Shown in pieces: positions 16,561 to 29,624 of a DNA stretch of 64,000 nt. The notes under the pieces were generated by a model. The model made no database searches. It was not told the DNA's origin and saw only the letters and a list, made by a program, of their open reading frames with translations. Source of the DNA: the human T2T-CHM13v2.0 reference genome, Homo sapiens; NCBI RefSeq assembly GCF_009914755.1, contig NC_060941.1; one strand, 5' to 3'. Position 1 is the first letter of the stretch, and the number at the start of each line of letters is the position of its first letter. The position numbers were made by a program, and so were the translations under genes.

Positions 16561-17042
16561 GAGAGAAGAGAAAGGAAGAAAAGTAGAGCTTCAGGTTCAC
16601 ATTAACCTTCCAAAAATATCTTTTTTTCTTTTATTAGGGCGTTTTCCTACTCCCTTGCTCAAAGGTCTCCAAAGCTTCTATATTACCATTAGAATTCTAT
16701 TTACTTTAATGTTTAAAATGCCGAATGAAAATCCTATGTCCTTTCCAATTCTTCTAGTCCACACTGACCTTTCCATATTCTGGCAGTTTTTATACCCTTT
16801 GGTATACTGAAGAAGCAACACTGTCTAAAGTAAGTTCTGGCCTTTCTTCTTTGCTACTGAAGATGATCTGTAGCCCTTAGAAAGTCCTGCCAGATAGAAG
16901 TGTTTATGTTTGCCTAGCTACAGATCTAACAATGTGATTAATGTTAAAGCCTTTAGGCCACGTGATATCAGTTCTGGCTTCTAGAGGACCAGGGACTAAA
17001 GATATTAACTTGATTTCCAGGAGGGCTGGACACAAAGCTCAG

Positions 17043-17494
17043 TGTATTAGTCAGGTTTCTCTAGAGGGACAGAACGAATAGGTTAGATGCATATATAAGG
17101 GGGAGTTTAATAACAAGTATTGACTCACATGATCACAAGGTGAGGTCCCACAATAAGCCGTCTGAAAGCTGAGGAGCAACAAAGCCAGTCCGAGTCCCAA
17201 AGCTGAAGAACTGGGAGTCTGATGTTCGAGGGCAGCAAGCATCCAACATGGCAGAAAGATATAAGCCAGAAGACTAAACCAGTCTAGTCTTTCCACATTT
17301 TCCTGCCTGCTTTTATTGTGGCCGTACTGGCAGCTGATTAGATTGTGCCTATTCAGATACAAGGTAGGTCTGCCTTTCCTAGTTCACTGACTCAAATGGT
17401 AATCTCCTTTGGCAACACCCACACAGACACGCCCAGGAACAATACTTCGCATCCTTTAATCCAATCAAGTTGACACTCAGTATTAACCATAACA
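17043..17494 (-). mobile_element. MLT2A1 solo LTR (HERV-L)
   Basis: Reverse complement begins TGTTATGGTTAATACTGAGTGTCAACTTGATTGGATT and ends ...CTGACTAATACA. About 450 bp. 5-bp TSD CTCAG/GTCAG. Confidence 0.9.
17457..17467 (+). promoter_or_regulatory. DUX4 consensus site in MLT2A1
   Basis: TAATCCAATCA is an exact match to TAAYBBAATCA. Binding is not shown by the sequence. Confidence 0.6.
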
Positions 17495-17826
17495 GTCAGC
17501 CATGCAGGCAATATGGGCTTGGGCCTCAATACAAACTGTGGACACCAAGGACCTGCCTGGACTTCCCTGGCTGACAATACTCCCTGCATGTGGCCAAACG
17601 TAGTAGGAGGAGTTAATGTTGTCTATGACTCCATGGGGAAAGGAGGACTAGAACTCTGTGTATTAATATTTCCTGGGCACTGCCCAATGTGTCTCTTCTC
17701 TTGGCTGATTTTCATCTGTGTTCTTTCCATGTAATAAATCATAACCATGAGTATAAACAGCTTTCCATGAGCTCTGTCAGTCTTTTAGTAAATTATCAAG
17801 CCAGAGGGAAGTTTTGGGAACCCTCC

Positions 17827-18179
17827 TTATATGGTTTAGCTGTGTCCCTATCCAAATCTCATCTTCAGTTATAACTCCCACAATTCTCACATGTTGTGGA
17901 AGGAACCTGGTGGGAGGTGATTGAATTATGGGGGCAGGGTTTTCCTGTGCTGTTTTCATAATAGTGAATAAGTCTCATGAGATCTGATGATTGTATTAGA
18001 GGGAGTTTCCCTGCACAAGCTCTCTCCTCTTGTCTGCTGCCATGCAAGACATGCCTTTCACCTGCTGCCATGATTGTGAAGTGTCCCCAGCCATGTGGAA
18101 CTGTAAGTCCATTAAACCTTTTTTTTTCTTCCCAGTCTTGGGTATGTTTTTATCAGCAGCATGAAAACTGACTAATACG
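17827..18179 (+). mobile_element. THE1A solo LTR (MaLR)
   Basis: (T)TATATGGTTTAGCTGTGTCCC...GACTAATAC with THE1A-type positions (AACTCCCACAATT, GGTGATTGAATTATGG, GTAAGTCC, TTTATCAGCAGC). Perfect 5-bp TSD CCTCC at 17822-17826 and 18180-18184. Confidence 0.9.
17918..17928 (-). promoter_or_regulatory. DUX4 consensus site in THE1A
   Basis: TGATTGAATTA on + is TAATTCAATCA on -, an exact match to TAAYBBAATCA. Confidence 0.55.
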
Positions 18180-18849
18180 CCTCCAAATCTGTATTTGGTG
18201 TTAGAAGTGAGGACAGTCCTGTGTGGGGACTTTTCTCTCTAACTTGGTAGTTGGCATAACTCTTTGCACCTTATTTTGGTAGTTAATTAGGTTTCTATTT
18301 TCTTTGTTATTTAGCTATTTTATGTGCTTTGTGTCCTTCTCCGTGGGAGCTGATCTCCTATAGGGCACTTATTTCTTTCATATTCTCCTTAACACCTAGC
18401 ACAATCTGGGGACTCCTAGTATTTACATTCATACTCGTATTGAATTTAATTGTTGTGTTGAGTCATTATCTTGCTTTTTCTTTTACAAAAATAATTGTGT
18501 ATTGCTCAAGAAATACTTGGGAAAATTTAATCTTTATTTAATTTCCTTTTTGTGTTTACTAAAATGAGGGCATTTTCTATGTGTGTTTGACCAAAAGGAA
18601 GATATAGGAGGGAACAATTTTTCAGAATGTGATTTTCTATTCTGTTTGACCTCCACTGAGTAAATAATGTACTGCAATGTCCTGATGCATAGGCTATAGA
18701 TTTGGGGGCCTCCTGCAACACTATGAAGAGCCCCAGAAGTTCAGAAACAGGTACTGCTGTGTTTGGAAGAGAAGATCCTTCAGGGAGAACCCTTGAGCCC
18801 TGAAACCAAACAGTTCTCTGTTTGGTGTAGTTGTACTTGTCCTGTAAAC

Positions 18850-19194
18850 CTGTTCTCTCCAATATGGTGGCCACTACCCACGTGTGGCTACTGGATGCTT
18901 GAAATATGGCTAGTCCGACTTGAGATGTACTGTAAGTATAAAATGCACATTGGATGTTGAAGATTTAGTAACAAAAAGAAAGTAAAATGTTTCATTAATG
19001 ATTTGTATGAACTGTTCTCATGTTGAGATGATAATACTTTGGAACTATTGGGTTAAATGAAACAATTATTAAAATTAACTTCACCAGCTTCTTTTTACCT
19101 TTTTTTTTTTTTAAAATGCGGCTGCTAGAAAATTTAAAATTACTTATGTGGCTTACATATTTGTAGTGCATCATATTTCTGCTGGACAGTGCTG
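18850..19194. mobile_element. MER33 (hAT-Charlie)
   Basis: CCAATATGGTGGCCACTA..CACGTGTGGCTA, internal TTGGGTTAAAT..ATTATTAAAATTAA, end CTGGACAGTGCTG. Confidence 0.85.
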
Positions 19195-21664
19195 ATCTAA
19201 ACTCTGAAACAGTTGCTTCCTATCCAGTCATGCGACTGGGGCATTTATCTTTATTTCCAGGTGGCAATAACTCAAAGCCTGCAGGACGCAAAAAGTTCTC
19301 TCCCCTTGTTTGGGTGCTAGGAAAGAATGCACAGTTTCCCTGCCTGCTTTTTTGTTTCTAATAGTTATTTTCTTTATGGAATTTTTAAGAGATAGGGAAG
19401 ATGAAGGAAAAGAGTGAGATCTTTGTTTTCAGTTGTCATCCTTCCAGATTTTCTTGAAAAACCATCTCTAGAAACAAAAGTTTGAGACGCATAGCGAGAA
19501 CTTAAAAAAAAAGTCTAGAAATCATCTTAAACATGTCAACTCTTCTAAGACTTATCTAAAATAGAAGCTTCAAAAATGTTACTTATTTTCCCCCTTTTAA
19601 GTTTTCCGAAAAATGTTCCAGAGCCGAGATTGCATATGCCAAGACTTTGTGAAAAGGACTTTTATTGCAAAGTTACTAGCTCTGAGAATTTGGCTTTAAT
19701 AAAGAATCCACATAACCTTCCATGAAATGTCAGGAATGTGCTATTTTAGTAATAACCTTACCTGTGTCCTAGGGCACAATGAATGAGAATCTCCATAACA
19801 GAGAAAAAAATAATTGAGAATTGGCAGGTGAAATCATCTAGTCATGATATTAATGATTTCTTCAAAGAAGAAGCTGGCTCCTGACTTTATCAAAAACTCA
19901 TTAAATGCTTGCCAATTTTATAAAAGGAAATATCTATTTTATTTCTCTAAGTATATAGAGATAAGGAGATTTTTAAAATATATAACTGCAGAGGCTGTCT
20001 CTGGACAAGTTTAACAATTACTAGTAAATAACCAGAAGATGATATGCTAGCCATGGCCAGATGTGAACATTCTGCACACACCCCTTGTGGTGTGCAAATG
20101 GTTGGTCATTTTCTGGTGGTTATCAACTGTGAGTGGTCCTGACCCTCACAAGTGCAGCGAGTTTAATTATATCCTGTTTTAAAGCCAGTTTAGTCATTCA
20201 AAATACATTTTTAAAGGCTTCCAATGTAAAGCATAAAAAGAAAAAAAATCTTTTAACCATAATTTAGTAATTCTCCAGCCTTGATTTTTGGCTTTCCTTG
20301 CTGCCTAAGTGGTCATATATTTTATAAGCCTTGCTAATTTGCTGTTAAATTTGCTATTTATATGATCCTAGATGATTTGTTGGACTTCATTGAACAAAAA
20401 AAGATTTTTATTAGCAGCCAGTGCTTTCAAAGAAGTGGTTTTTTTCACACCATCAAGGCCACTTTCTCAACTTATTGACAGCTTTATGAGTGTAGCTGGA
20501 TAAAGAACAGTTTCCTGTATCCAAAAGCGTTTTGCATTCCATGGGGCAAAAACTTGGACTTTTAATTAGGATATGAGAGCCTTCCTTTCTCTCCCAACAT
20601 TCCCCGGGGGCACAGAGCAGTAACACTTGCATTTAGATAGTTAATCACTTTTCCAGACTTCAGCCCACTGAAATTAGGAAGGTTTTTAGGTCAAATGCTT
20701 ACCTGGCTCTCAGCCAGCCTAGGATGGTATTTATTTCTGCACATCTGCATTTTGTATACATACACACACTGTTTCTCCTTTCTAACTAATTGAGGGTATT
20801 TTGCCTACTGCAGAAACTGTCAAATGAATCCTCTTTAGAATCTTATTTGAACCTGCATTTGATATTTGTCACAAGAGAATGAAATATATTCTAGACTTTT
20901 CCCATCTGAGATAGCTTTCTGCATTCCCCTCATTCCCTCATTCTTGTCTGACCTCACTATCCAGCATGTTTAGAGAACTTTTAAGGTTTCATGTATCTGT
21001 TACATTTTTCTTTATTGTTATAATCCTACCCAGTACAACGTTTTTCCTTTTTCAACATGGTATTAGGGCTTTGATTGTGAAAACAATGAGACACCAAACA
21101 GTAAGTGAACATTTTGGGGTTCAAAGTGGTAGCCTGGTTGAGATAATTTGGTAGTATTTGTGTGTCTTTCTACCCTTTGGGGGAAGCACATGCCTCCAGA
21201 ATATGCCAGTTGGCTGGCTTGGGTTTCTTGCCCCATCCTTGCAGAAATTTGCTGTCAGATATGCAGACTAAATGGGCTTCTGTCGGGCATATGAAAAAGC
21301 ATAATCTTAGAGTCTTGACTGGTGGCATTGAGTTAATAATAAAGACACTAGGACCAGTTGAGACCTAGTTACTTAAGAAACTGGTAGGTTTTTGATATAA
21401 AGATGCTTCTTAGGAAATTTTTCTGAGTTGCCCATTTTTTTGTTTATTTTGTAACTATCTTGAGAAGACTGAAAAATGAACAAAAATTAACAACCCCCAC
21501 TCTGCCCAAAACATGGGTTTTTATCCATTGCTCAAAATCTGGTGTTTTAGCAATGCCACTGGTAAACTTCTGCCAAATTTTACTATGTTTGAGATTGTAA
21601 AATAGAGACCTGCCATATTATCTCAAGATTAAGATATGCATGCATCTGAGTACCTGGCAATAAT

Positions 21665-22995
21665 TTTATTATTTTTTTTTTATTTTAGATTTAGGAGGTA
21701 CATGTGTAGATTTATTACATGGCTATATTGCATGATGCTGAGATTTGGAGTATGATTTAATCACACAAATAGTGAACATAGTACCCAATAGGTAGTTTTT
21801 CAACCCTTGCCCTCCTTTCCGCCTCCCGACATTTGAAGCTCTCAATGTCTATTGCTTTCATCTTTATGTTCATGTGTACTCAATGTTTAGCTCCCACTTA
21901 TAAGTGAGAACATGCAGTATTTGGGTTTCCATTTCTGTGATAATCCACTTAGAATAATGGCCTCTAGCTGCATCCATGTTGCTGCAAAGAACATGTTTTT
22001 GTTCCTTTTTATAGCTACGTAGTATTCCATGGTTTATATGTACCATATTTTCTTTATCTAATTCACCAAGGATAGGTACCTAAGTTGATCCCATATCTTT
22101 GCTACTGTGAATAGTGCTACAATAGACTCAAGAGTGCCAGTGTCTTTTTGTAGAGTGATTTACTTTCTTTTGGGTATATACCCAGTAATGGGCTTGCTGA
22201 GTCGAATGGTAGCTTTGAGTTGTTTGGGAAATCTTCAGACTGCTTTCCACAGTGGTTGAATTAATTTACATTCTCACGAACAGTGTGTAAGCGTTCCTTT
22301 TTCTCCATAGCATCATCAACATTTGTTATTTTTAGACTTTTTAATAGTAGCCATTCTGACTAATGTGAAATGGTATCTAAAATTCATATGGGACCAAAAA
22401 GGAGCCCAATAGGAAAAATAATCCTAAGCAAAAAGAACAAAGCTGGAAGTATTACATTATTGGACTTCAAACTATACTACAATGGTATAGCAATCCAAAC
22501 AGCATGATATTGATACAAAAAGAGACATATAGATCAATGGAACAGAATAGAAAACCTAGAAATCAAGCCATATGCCTGCAATCAATTGATCTTCAACAAA
22601 GTCAACAATGGAGAAAGGACACTCTATTCAATAAATGCAAACTAGATATCAAAGGAACATACCTCAAAATAATAATAGCCATATTATGAAAAACCCACAG
22701 CTGACATCACATTGAATGGGCAAAATCTGAAGGCATACCCCCTAAGAATTTAGAACAAGACAAGGATGTCTACCACTCTCATTATTCAACATAGTACTGG
22801 AAGTCCTAGCCCGAGTAACCAGGAAAGAGAAAGAAATAAAAGGCATCCAAATAAGAAAATAGGAAGTTAAATTATCTCTCTTCACTGATGATATGATTCT
22901 ATACCTAGAAAACCCTAAATATTCCACCAGTACTCGTAGACCAAATGACTTCAGTGAAGTTTCAGGATACAAAATCAACTCACAACAATCAAAAG
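21665..22995 (-). mobile_element. Rearranged L1 (L1PA15/16-L1PB age): antisense 3' end (21665-22377) plus two sense ORF2 blocks (22378-22636, 22637-22995)
   Basis: PolyT and antisense 3'UTR/ORF2 end, then a strand switch at GGTATCT|AAAATTCATATGG and a second jump at ATAAATG|CAAACTAGATATC. The ORF at 22893 (MILYLENPK) is the RT region just after the FADD motif. Confidence 0.85.
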
Positions 22996-23669
22996 TTTTT
23001 AACTATCTTCTCATGCTTTTTATTTCCATCTTATCTTCCGTGAACACACCTACATATACACACGCTAACACACAAGCATTCGCAACATCTAGGCAATTTA
23101 CAAGTAGCAAGAAAACCCAAACTAATTCTGAATGTATTGCTCTATGAGCCATTTGCTTAGAATGTGCTGACCACTGTGTTGAAGTAATGGGAAAAGTCAC
23201 AGGATGCAGTAAGCACACTGAACACATTCTGATTTAGAGCTTGGCTGTATCAATTATTTGCACAAAGCTTTTAGAATGCCAATATTTGCAACTAAGACAA
23301 CTAATGCTGAGGGTTAGTCTGTTTGCTTTTTTAACAGATTATGGTGAAAGTTAGATCTCTTCTAATCTGTGTGAAATACATATTTTCTTCACGGGCTACT
23401 TTATATTGATAATCACAGAGCCTGAACTCCAGCATCTTTGGGGGAACCCACTCTGCTCTTCTTGAAATCAATAAGATAGTAAAATTGAATTTTAATATCT
23501 TCCATTTCTACCCTTACGATTCTGGCAATTACATTTTTTTTCTTCCTGGTCTATGCAATCACTCTGCTTGCTCTATTTTTAGCAACTTATCTCCTGGTGT
23601 TTCCTTTTCTGCTACAAGTTCCTTCTCTCACACAAGGGTGATCTTCATCCTGTAGAAAGGAAGTCAACC

Positions 23670-23822
23670 CAGGAGCTAGGGAGTCTCTGGTTAGCTCTGG
23701 CCCCTATTAGCTGTGATGACTTAGGCAGATCAGTTCCTCTGGGCCTCAAGTTCTTTACTCACCTAGAGAAAGGAATTAGACCAAATGTTTCCTACGGTAC
23801 TTCCCAACTGTTAAATTTTGCT
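23670..23822 (+). mobile_element. MIR fragment
   Basis: Core ATTAGCTGTGATGACTTAGGCAG...CTCTGGGCCTCAAGTT. Confidence 0.6.
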
Positions 23823-23924
23823 ATCCCCCAAAGGCAGCTGCATACATTAGAATTCTTGGTGCAGAAATAGGCCTCAAGGAACAGTACATCTAGACTGGTT
23901 TCAGAACTTCACTTTCCACCATTT

Positions 23925-24786
23925 TGCTATAGGGTGTGTTTCAGAAAAAAACTCTGAAACTGTGTTGTCCTCTGTTCTCACCACAACAACGATCAACACA
24001 GAAGACTTCTGTGTCCAAACGTGGAGATTTCCTCCCCACCAAAAAACATGCAGTCAATTGTGCAGCAGACACCAGCTGAGTGTCTTCCAAGTCAATCCCG
24101 ACGTTATCTACCTGGATCCCACAGGTTGAGGGCTCCATACCCAAGACCAACCCCTCCCTCCCACCAGTCATCAGTCTGGGTCTCTAAAACTTTTGATGTC
24201 TTCATTTGGCTTTACATTGGGGTTCCCATGATCCCCTCTGTGGGTTCAGTTAATTTACTGGAGCAGCTCACAGAACTCGGGGAAACACTTACTTATGTTT
24301 ACCAGTTTATTACAAAGGATATTTTAAAGGATACAAATAAACAGCCAGATGAAGAAATGCATAGGGCGAGATCTGGAAGGGTCCTGAGTGCAGGAACTTG
24401 TGTCCCAGTACAGCTGGGGAGTGCCACCATTCTGGCATGTGGATGAGGTCTTGTTAGCTGCCTGTCCACTTTCACATGTTCAGACATCTGGAAGCTCTCT
24501 CAACTCTGTCTTCTTGGGTTATTATGGGCTTTATGATGTCAGCATTCCTTCCCATACGATATAGAGCGGTACCCTGGAATGACGGTCATATGACACACAA
24601 TCACAAAGGCAGGGAAAGATCGGAGTCCTGCCTTGGGTCAGGAAAAGGAAAAGCAGGAGAAGGATAGAGAAATTATCTTCTGAGACCTAACACACCCAGA
24701 ATTATAACAAAAGACCGTAACAACAGCTATAGGAGTTATGAGCCAAGACCCTGAATGAAACCCTATGCATATCTCATAATACAACA
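23925..24786 (-). mobile_element. MER21A-like LTR
   Basis: GACACCAGCTG, GATCCCACAGGTTGAGGGCTC, GCAGCTCACAGAACTC, GGAGTTATGAGCCAAG...CATAATACAACA. Left edge approximate. Confidence 0.75.
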
Positions 24787-24919
24787 GTGCCCTAGAAGAT
24801 TCTTGTAGCCAATTTAATACATTTGATGTATGAAATATTTTGGAAATTTTTTTAAGATTCCATCTATGTATTTCACTTTAGCTCTTGGATTTTTTGGCCT
24901 TCCTAGTCAAACAGTGCAC

Positions 24920-25398
24920 ACTTTTCTTGTTTTCTTCCTTTTTCCTCTCTTTTTTTCTCTCTCTCTTTCCATCTTTCCTCCTTCCCTCCTTGTTCCCTTC
25001 CTTCCCTCCCACTCTTCTTTCTTTTTCCTTCCTTCCTTTCTCTTTTCCTTTCCTTCTTTCTTTCTCCTCCCTCCCTTTCTCCTCCTTCCCCTTCCCTTTC
25101 TTCCTTTCTTTCTCTCTCTCTCTTTTTCTTTCTTTCCTCTCTCTTTCTTTCTTCCTCTCTCTCTCTTTCCTTCCTGCCTTCCTTCCCTCCCTCCCTTCCT
25201 TCCTGCCTTCCTGCCTTCTCTCTCTTTCCTTTCTTCTCTCTTTCTTTTCTTTTTTCTTTCTTTCTTTCTCTCTCTCTCTCCCTCCCTCCCTCCCTCTCTC
25301 TTTCTTTCTTTTTCTCTCTCTCTCTTTCTTTTCTTTCTTTCTTCCTTTCTTTCTCTTTTCTTTTGTTTTATTTCTCCCTCCCTTCCGCCCTCCTTTCC
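24920..25398 (+). repeat. Polypyrimidine low-complexity tract of about 480 bp (CCTT/CT/CTTT mosaics)
   Basis: Almost purely C/T on the + strand. Confidence 0.95.
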
Positions 25399-25574
25399 AC
25401 TAGTGACAAAACAAGCTATTCCCTCTTCACTTGCTTCATAGAAAAATGCTCCTTGACTCACTGTCCCCTGCTTATGCTGATATACGCAGCCATACTCTCC
25501 AATAAACCTACATACCCTTGGATTATACATATAGGAGAACAATTGCTACCTCTATATTTATATAGATATAGTGC

Positions 25575-25578
<4 letters not shown>

Positions 25579-25612
<34 letters not shown>
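25579..25612. repeat. (GT)17 microsatellite
   Basis: Read directly. Confidence 0.95.
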
Positions 25613-25615
<3 letters not shown>

Positions 25616-25736
25616 CACATGTGCATGTGAGGAAAGAATGCAGCAGGCTTTTACTCCTTCACCTCATCCCAATTTTCTGCTATACAGTTTAATGTTGGGT
25701 GTGCAAAAAGATAGTCATCACTTTGTTCTAGATATC

Positions 25737-27204
<1,468 letters not shown>

Positions 27205-28114
27205 TAAAGAGAAATATTGCCGTGGCTCTCCTTGATTAAAGTGCTCAGCAAGACTCTATAACTTTTCTGGAAGCCAATAGGGCTAAGATAAAATTTCCAA
27301 GTATCTAGGAATGTTTAATCTTGTACTTTCTGAGGGAAGGGAAATAAACTTGCTAGCCTCTTATGTTTCCTTATGCAGACAGACTCAAGGATTCTGGAAT
27401 AGCAGCTCATTGTTCTTTTTAGATTTTGAGATTTGGCAGGTTTTTCTGAGAATGCTTTGACTGTGGGTAGTGATTAATGTAGACCATGTCTATTTAAGGT
27501 TTTGGCCATGTCAGACATTTAGACTGAGGGTGGCATAACCACCTTAGGACTTTCCCAAGGCTCCAGAATAAAGGATAGAATAAAACCAGGAACTTTTCTA
27601 TATTTGACAGACAATGGTATGCTTCTTACATTTACCCATTTGTCTTATGTTTTCTCCTTTTTTTGGTTTTACATACGTCACACATATTCGTGTACATGTA
27701 TCTCTGTATATGTGTTAAGGGTGGCTCTGGTGGTCAGAAATTCACATTATTAATAGTTCAGAAATAAATAATTTTGCTTGAGAAGTTACCTAGGCTTTCA
27801 TCTTGTCAATAGTAGCCTTCCTAACGTTCCTTCAAAAAAAATTTATGCCTAAGCTCTTCCTGCTTCAATATATACCAATGTATACATCACTATTTCTATC
27901 CAATAATGTAAATGTTGGTTTTCTAGGCATTTCTTTTAAGAATGCAGTGCTACTGGGGGGTGTAGCAAAAATCACAACTATTTGCCCAGTAATTCAGGCA
28001 ATTTATCTTCAACTGGTTTGTTGGTACTGCTCAGAATCTTCTCCTGAAATAAACCTCATTTGGTTTGAGCTCATTGTACAATATCTTCCTCCCAGCCACA
28101 ATTGCAACCTTTTT

Positions 28115-28640
28115 TCTTTCAATAAATATTTATTGAACACATACTATGTGCTAGGTATAAACACTAACCAAGAGAGTTATGATCTCTGCTCTTAGAGAGT
28201 TTAGCATATAGTGAAAATGTAAAAATGAAAATAAGTATAGGATGAAAATAAGTATAATGTGATAAATATTTTGACAGATAAGGAATATGTGTGGTGGGCA
28301 AGAATAATGAGGAATGTCCTGCTTACAGGTTAGTTAATCAGGAAAATTTTCAATGAGGAGAAAAAGATGAGGCAAAGAAATGCTGAGCCAACTGTGTGGC
28401 TGGAGTGCAAACAGATACAGGGTTGAGAAGGCTTGTTGCACTTTGCTAACTCCAAGCAATTTATTGTGTCTGGAATATTGAGTCTAACTTGGGGAGTGGC
28501 GAGAGTTCACACTAGAAATGATTGACAGAGTACGATCATGCAGTCATTATACACTATGTGAAGGAATTTGGATTTTATGTGAAGGTAAGATGAGGTGACT
28601 TAACCAAACATATATTTGGAAATAATCATTCTGATAACAG
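28115..28640 (-). mobile_element. L2 fragment
   Basis: TTCAATAAATATTTATTGAACACATACTATGTGCTAGG terminus and AAGGAATTTGGATTTTAT. Confidence 0.75.
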
Positions 28641-28866
28641 CAGTGCTAGACCCAGGTTTTGTGGGGCCTGATAATGTGTAATTTGGGAGCTCTCTTTAAG
28701 AAAAAAAATAGAATGAATTTAAAAATACAAATTAAGTTCGCAGTGAATATTTGTTTAGAATAAGAAAACATAACAAATTACAAATTTTAAACTGCTGAGA
28801 CAAATCAGAAAATCCAGAAAATAAATATGTTTTATGACTTTATTGCCAGCACACGTCTGTTGTCTA

Positions 28867-29181
<315 letters not shown>

Positions 29182-29326
29182 CTATGTATGTAGATACCAG
29201 ACCCTCTTATTCACTTCTTCATAGGGCAGTGATTTTGTTCTATCACTTCCCATTGACAGAATAGAAAGATAATGTAGTTTTTCCTCCATCATGATTAATA
29301 GCAATTTGATTATTATTAACAGTTTA

Positions 29327-29624
29327 TTATTTATCTATGTTTTTTAGAGACAGAGTCTTGCTCTGTCACCCAGGCTGGAGTGCAGTGGTATAATCATAGC
29401 TCACTGCAGCCTCAAATTCCTGGGCTCAAGCAATCTGCATGCTTCAGCTTCCAAAATACCTGAGACTATAGACACATGTCACCATGCCTGGCTAATTTTT
29501 CTTATTATTTGTAGAGACGATATCTTGCTATGTTGCCCAGGCTAGCCTTGAGCTCTGGCCTTAAGCCATCCTCCTGCCTTGGCCTCCCAAAGTGCTGGGA
29601 TTAGAGTTGTGTGCCAGGATGCCA
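29327..29624 (-). mobile_element. AluJ
   Basis: Diverged antisense dimer with TSD ATT(A/G)TTAA(C/T)AGTTTA. Confidence 0.9.

Larger units (their letters stand above)
16802..18267 (+). mobile_element. MER77/MER21-family ERVL LTR, split by MLT2A1 and THE1A
   Basis: Collinear motifs across both inserts (GGAGGGCTGGA..GTCAGCCA; CTTCCCTGGCTGACAATACTCC; AATAAATCATAACCATGAGTAT; GGGAACCCTCC..GGTGTTAGAAGTGAGG). Boundaries approximate. Confidence 0.65.

Noticed and set aside
20060-20155. H/ACA snoRNA or pre-miRNA suggested by two hairpins ending near ACA
   Set aside because: Stems too short, no ANANNA hinge in the right place, and the ACA lies within the stem.
24830-25542. 172-211 aa ORFs on both strands (F/L/S/P-rich or K/E/R/G-rich)
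   Set aside because: Artefacts of a stop-free pyrimidine tract.
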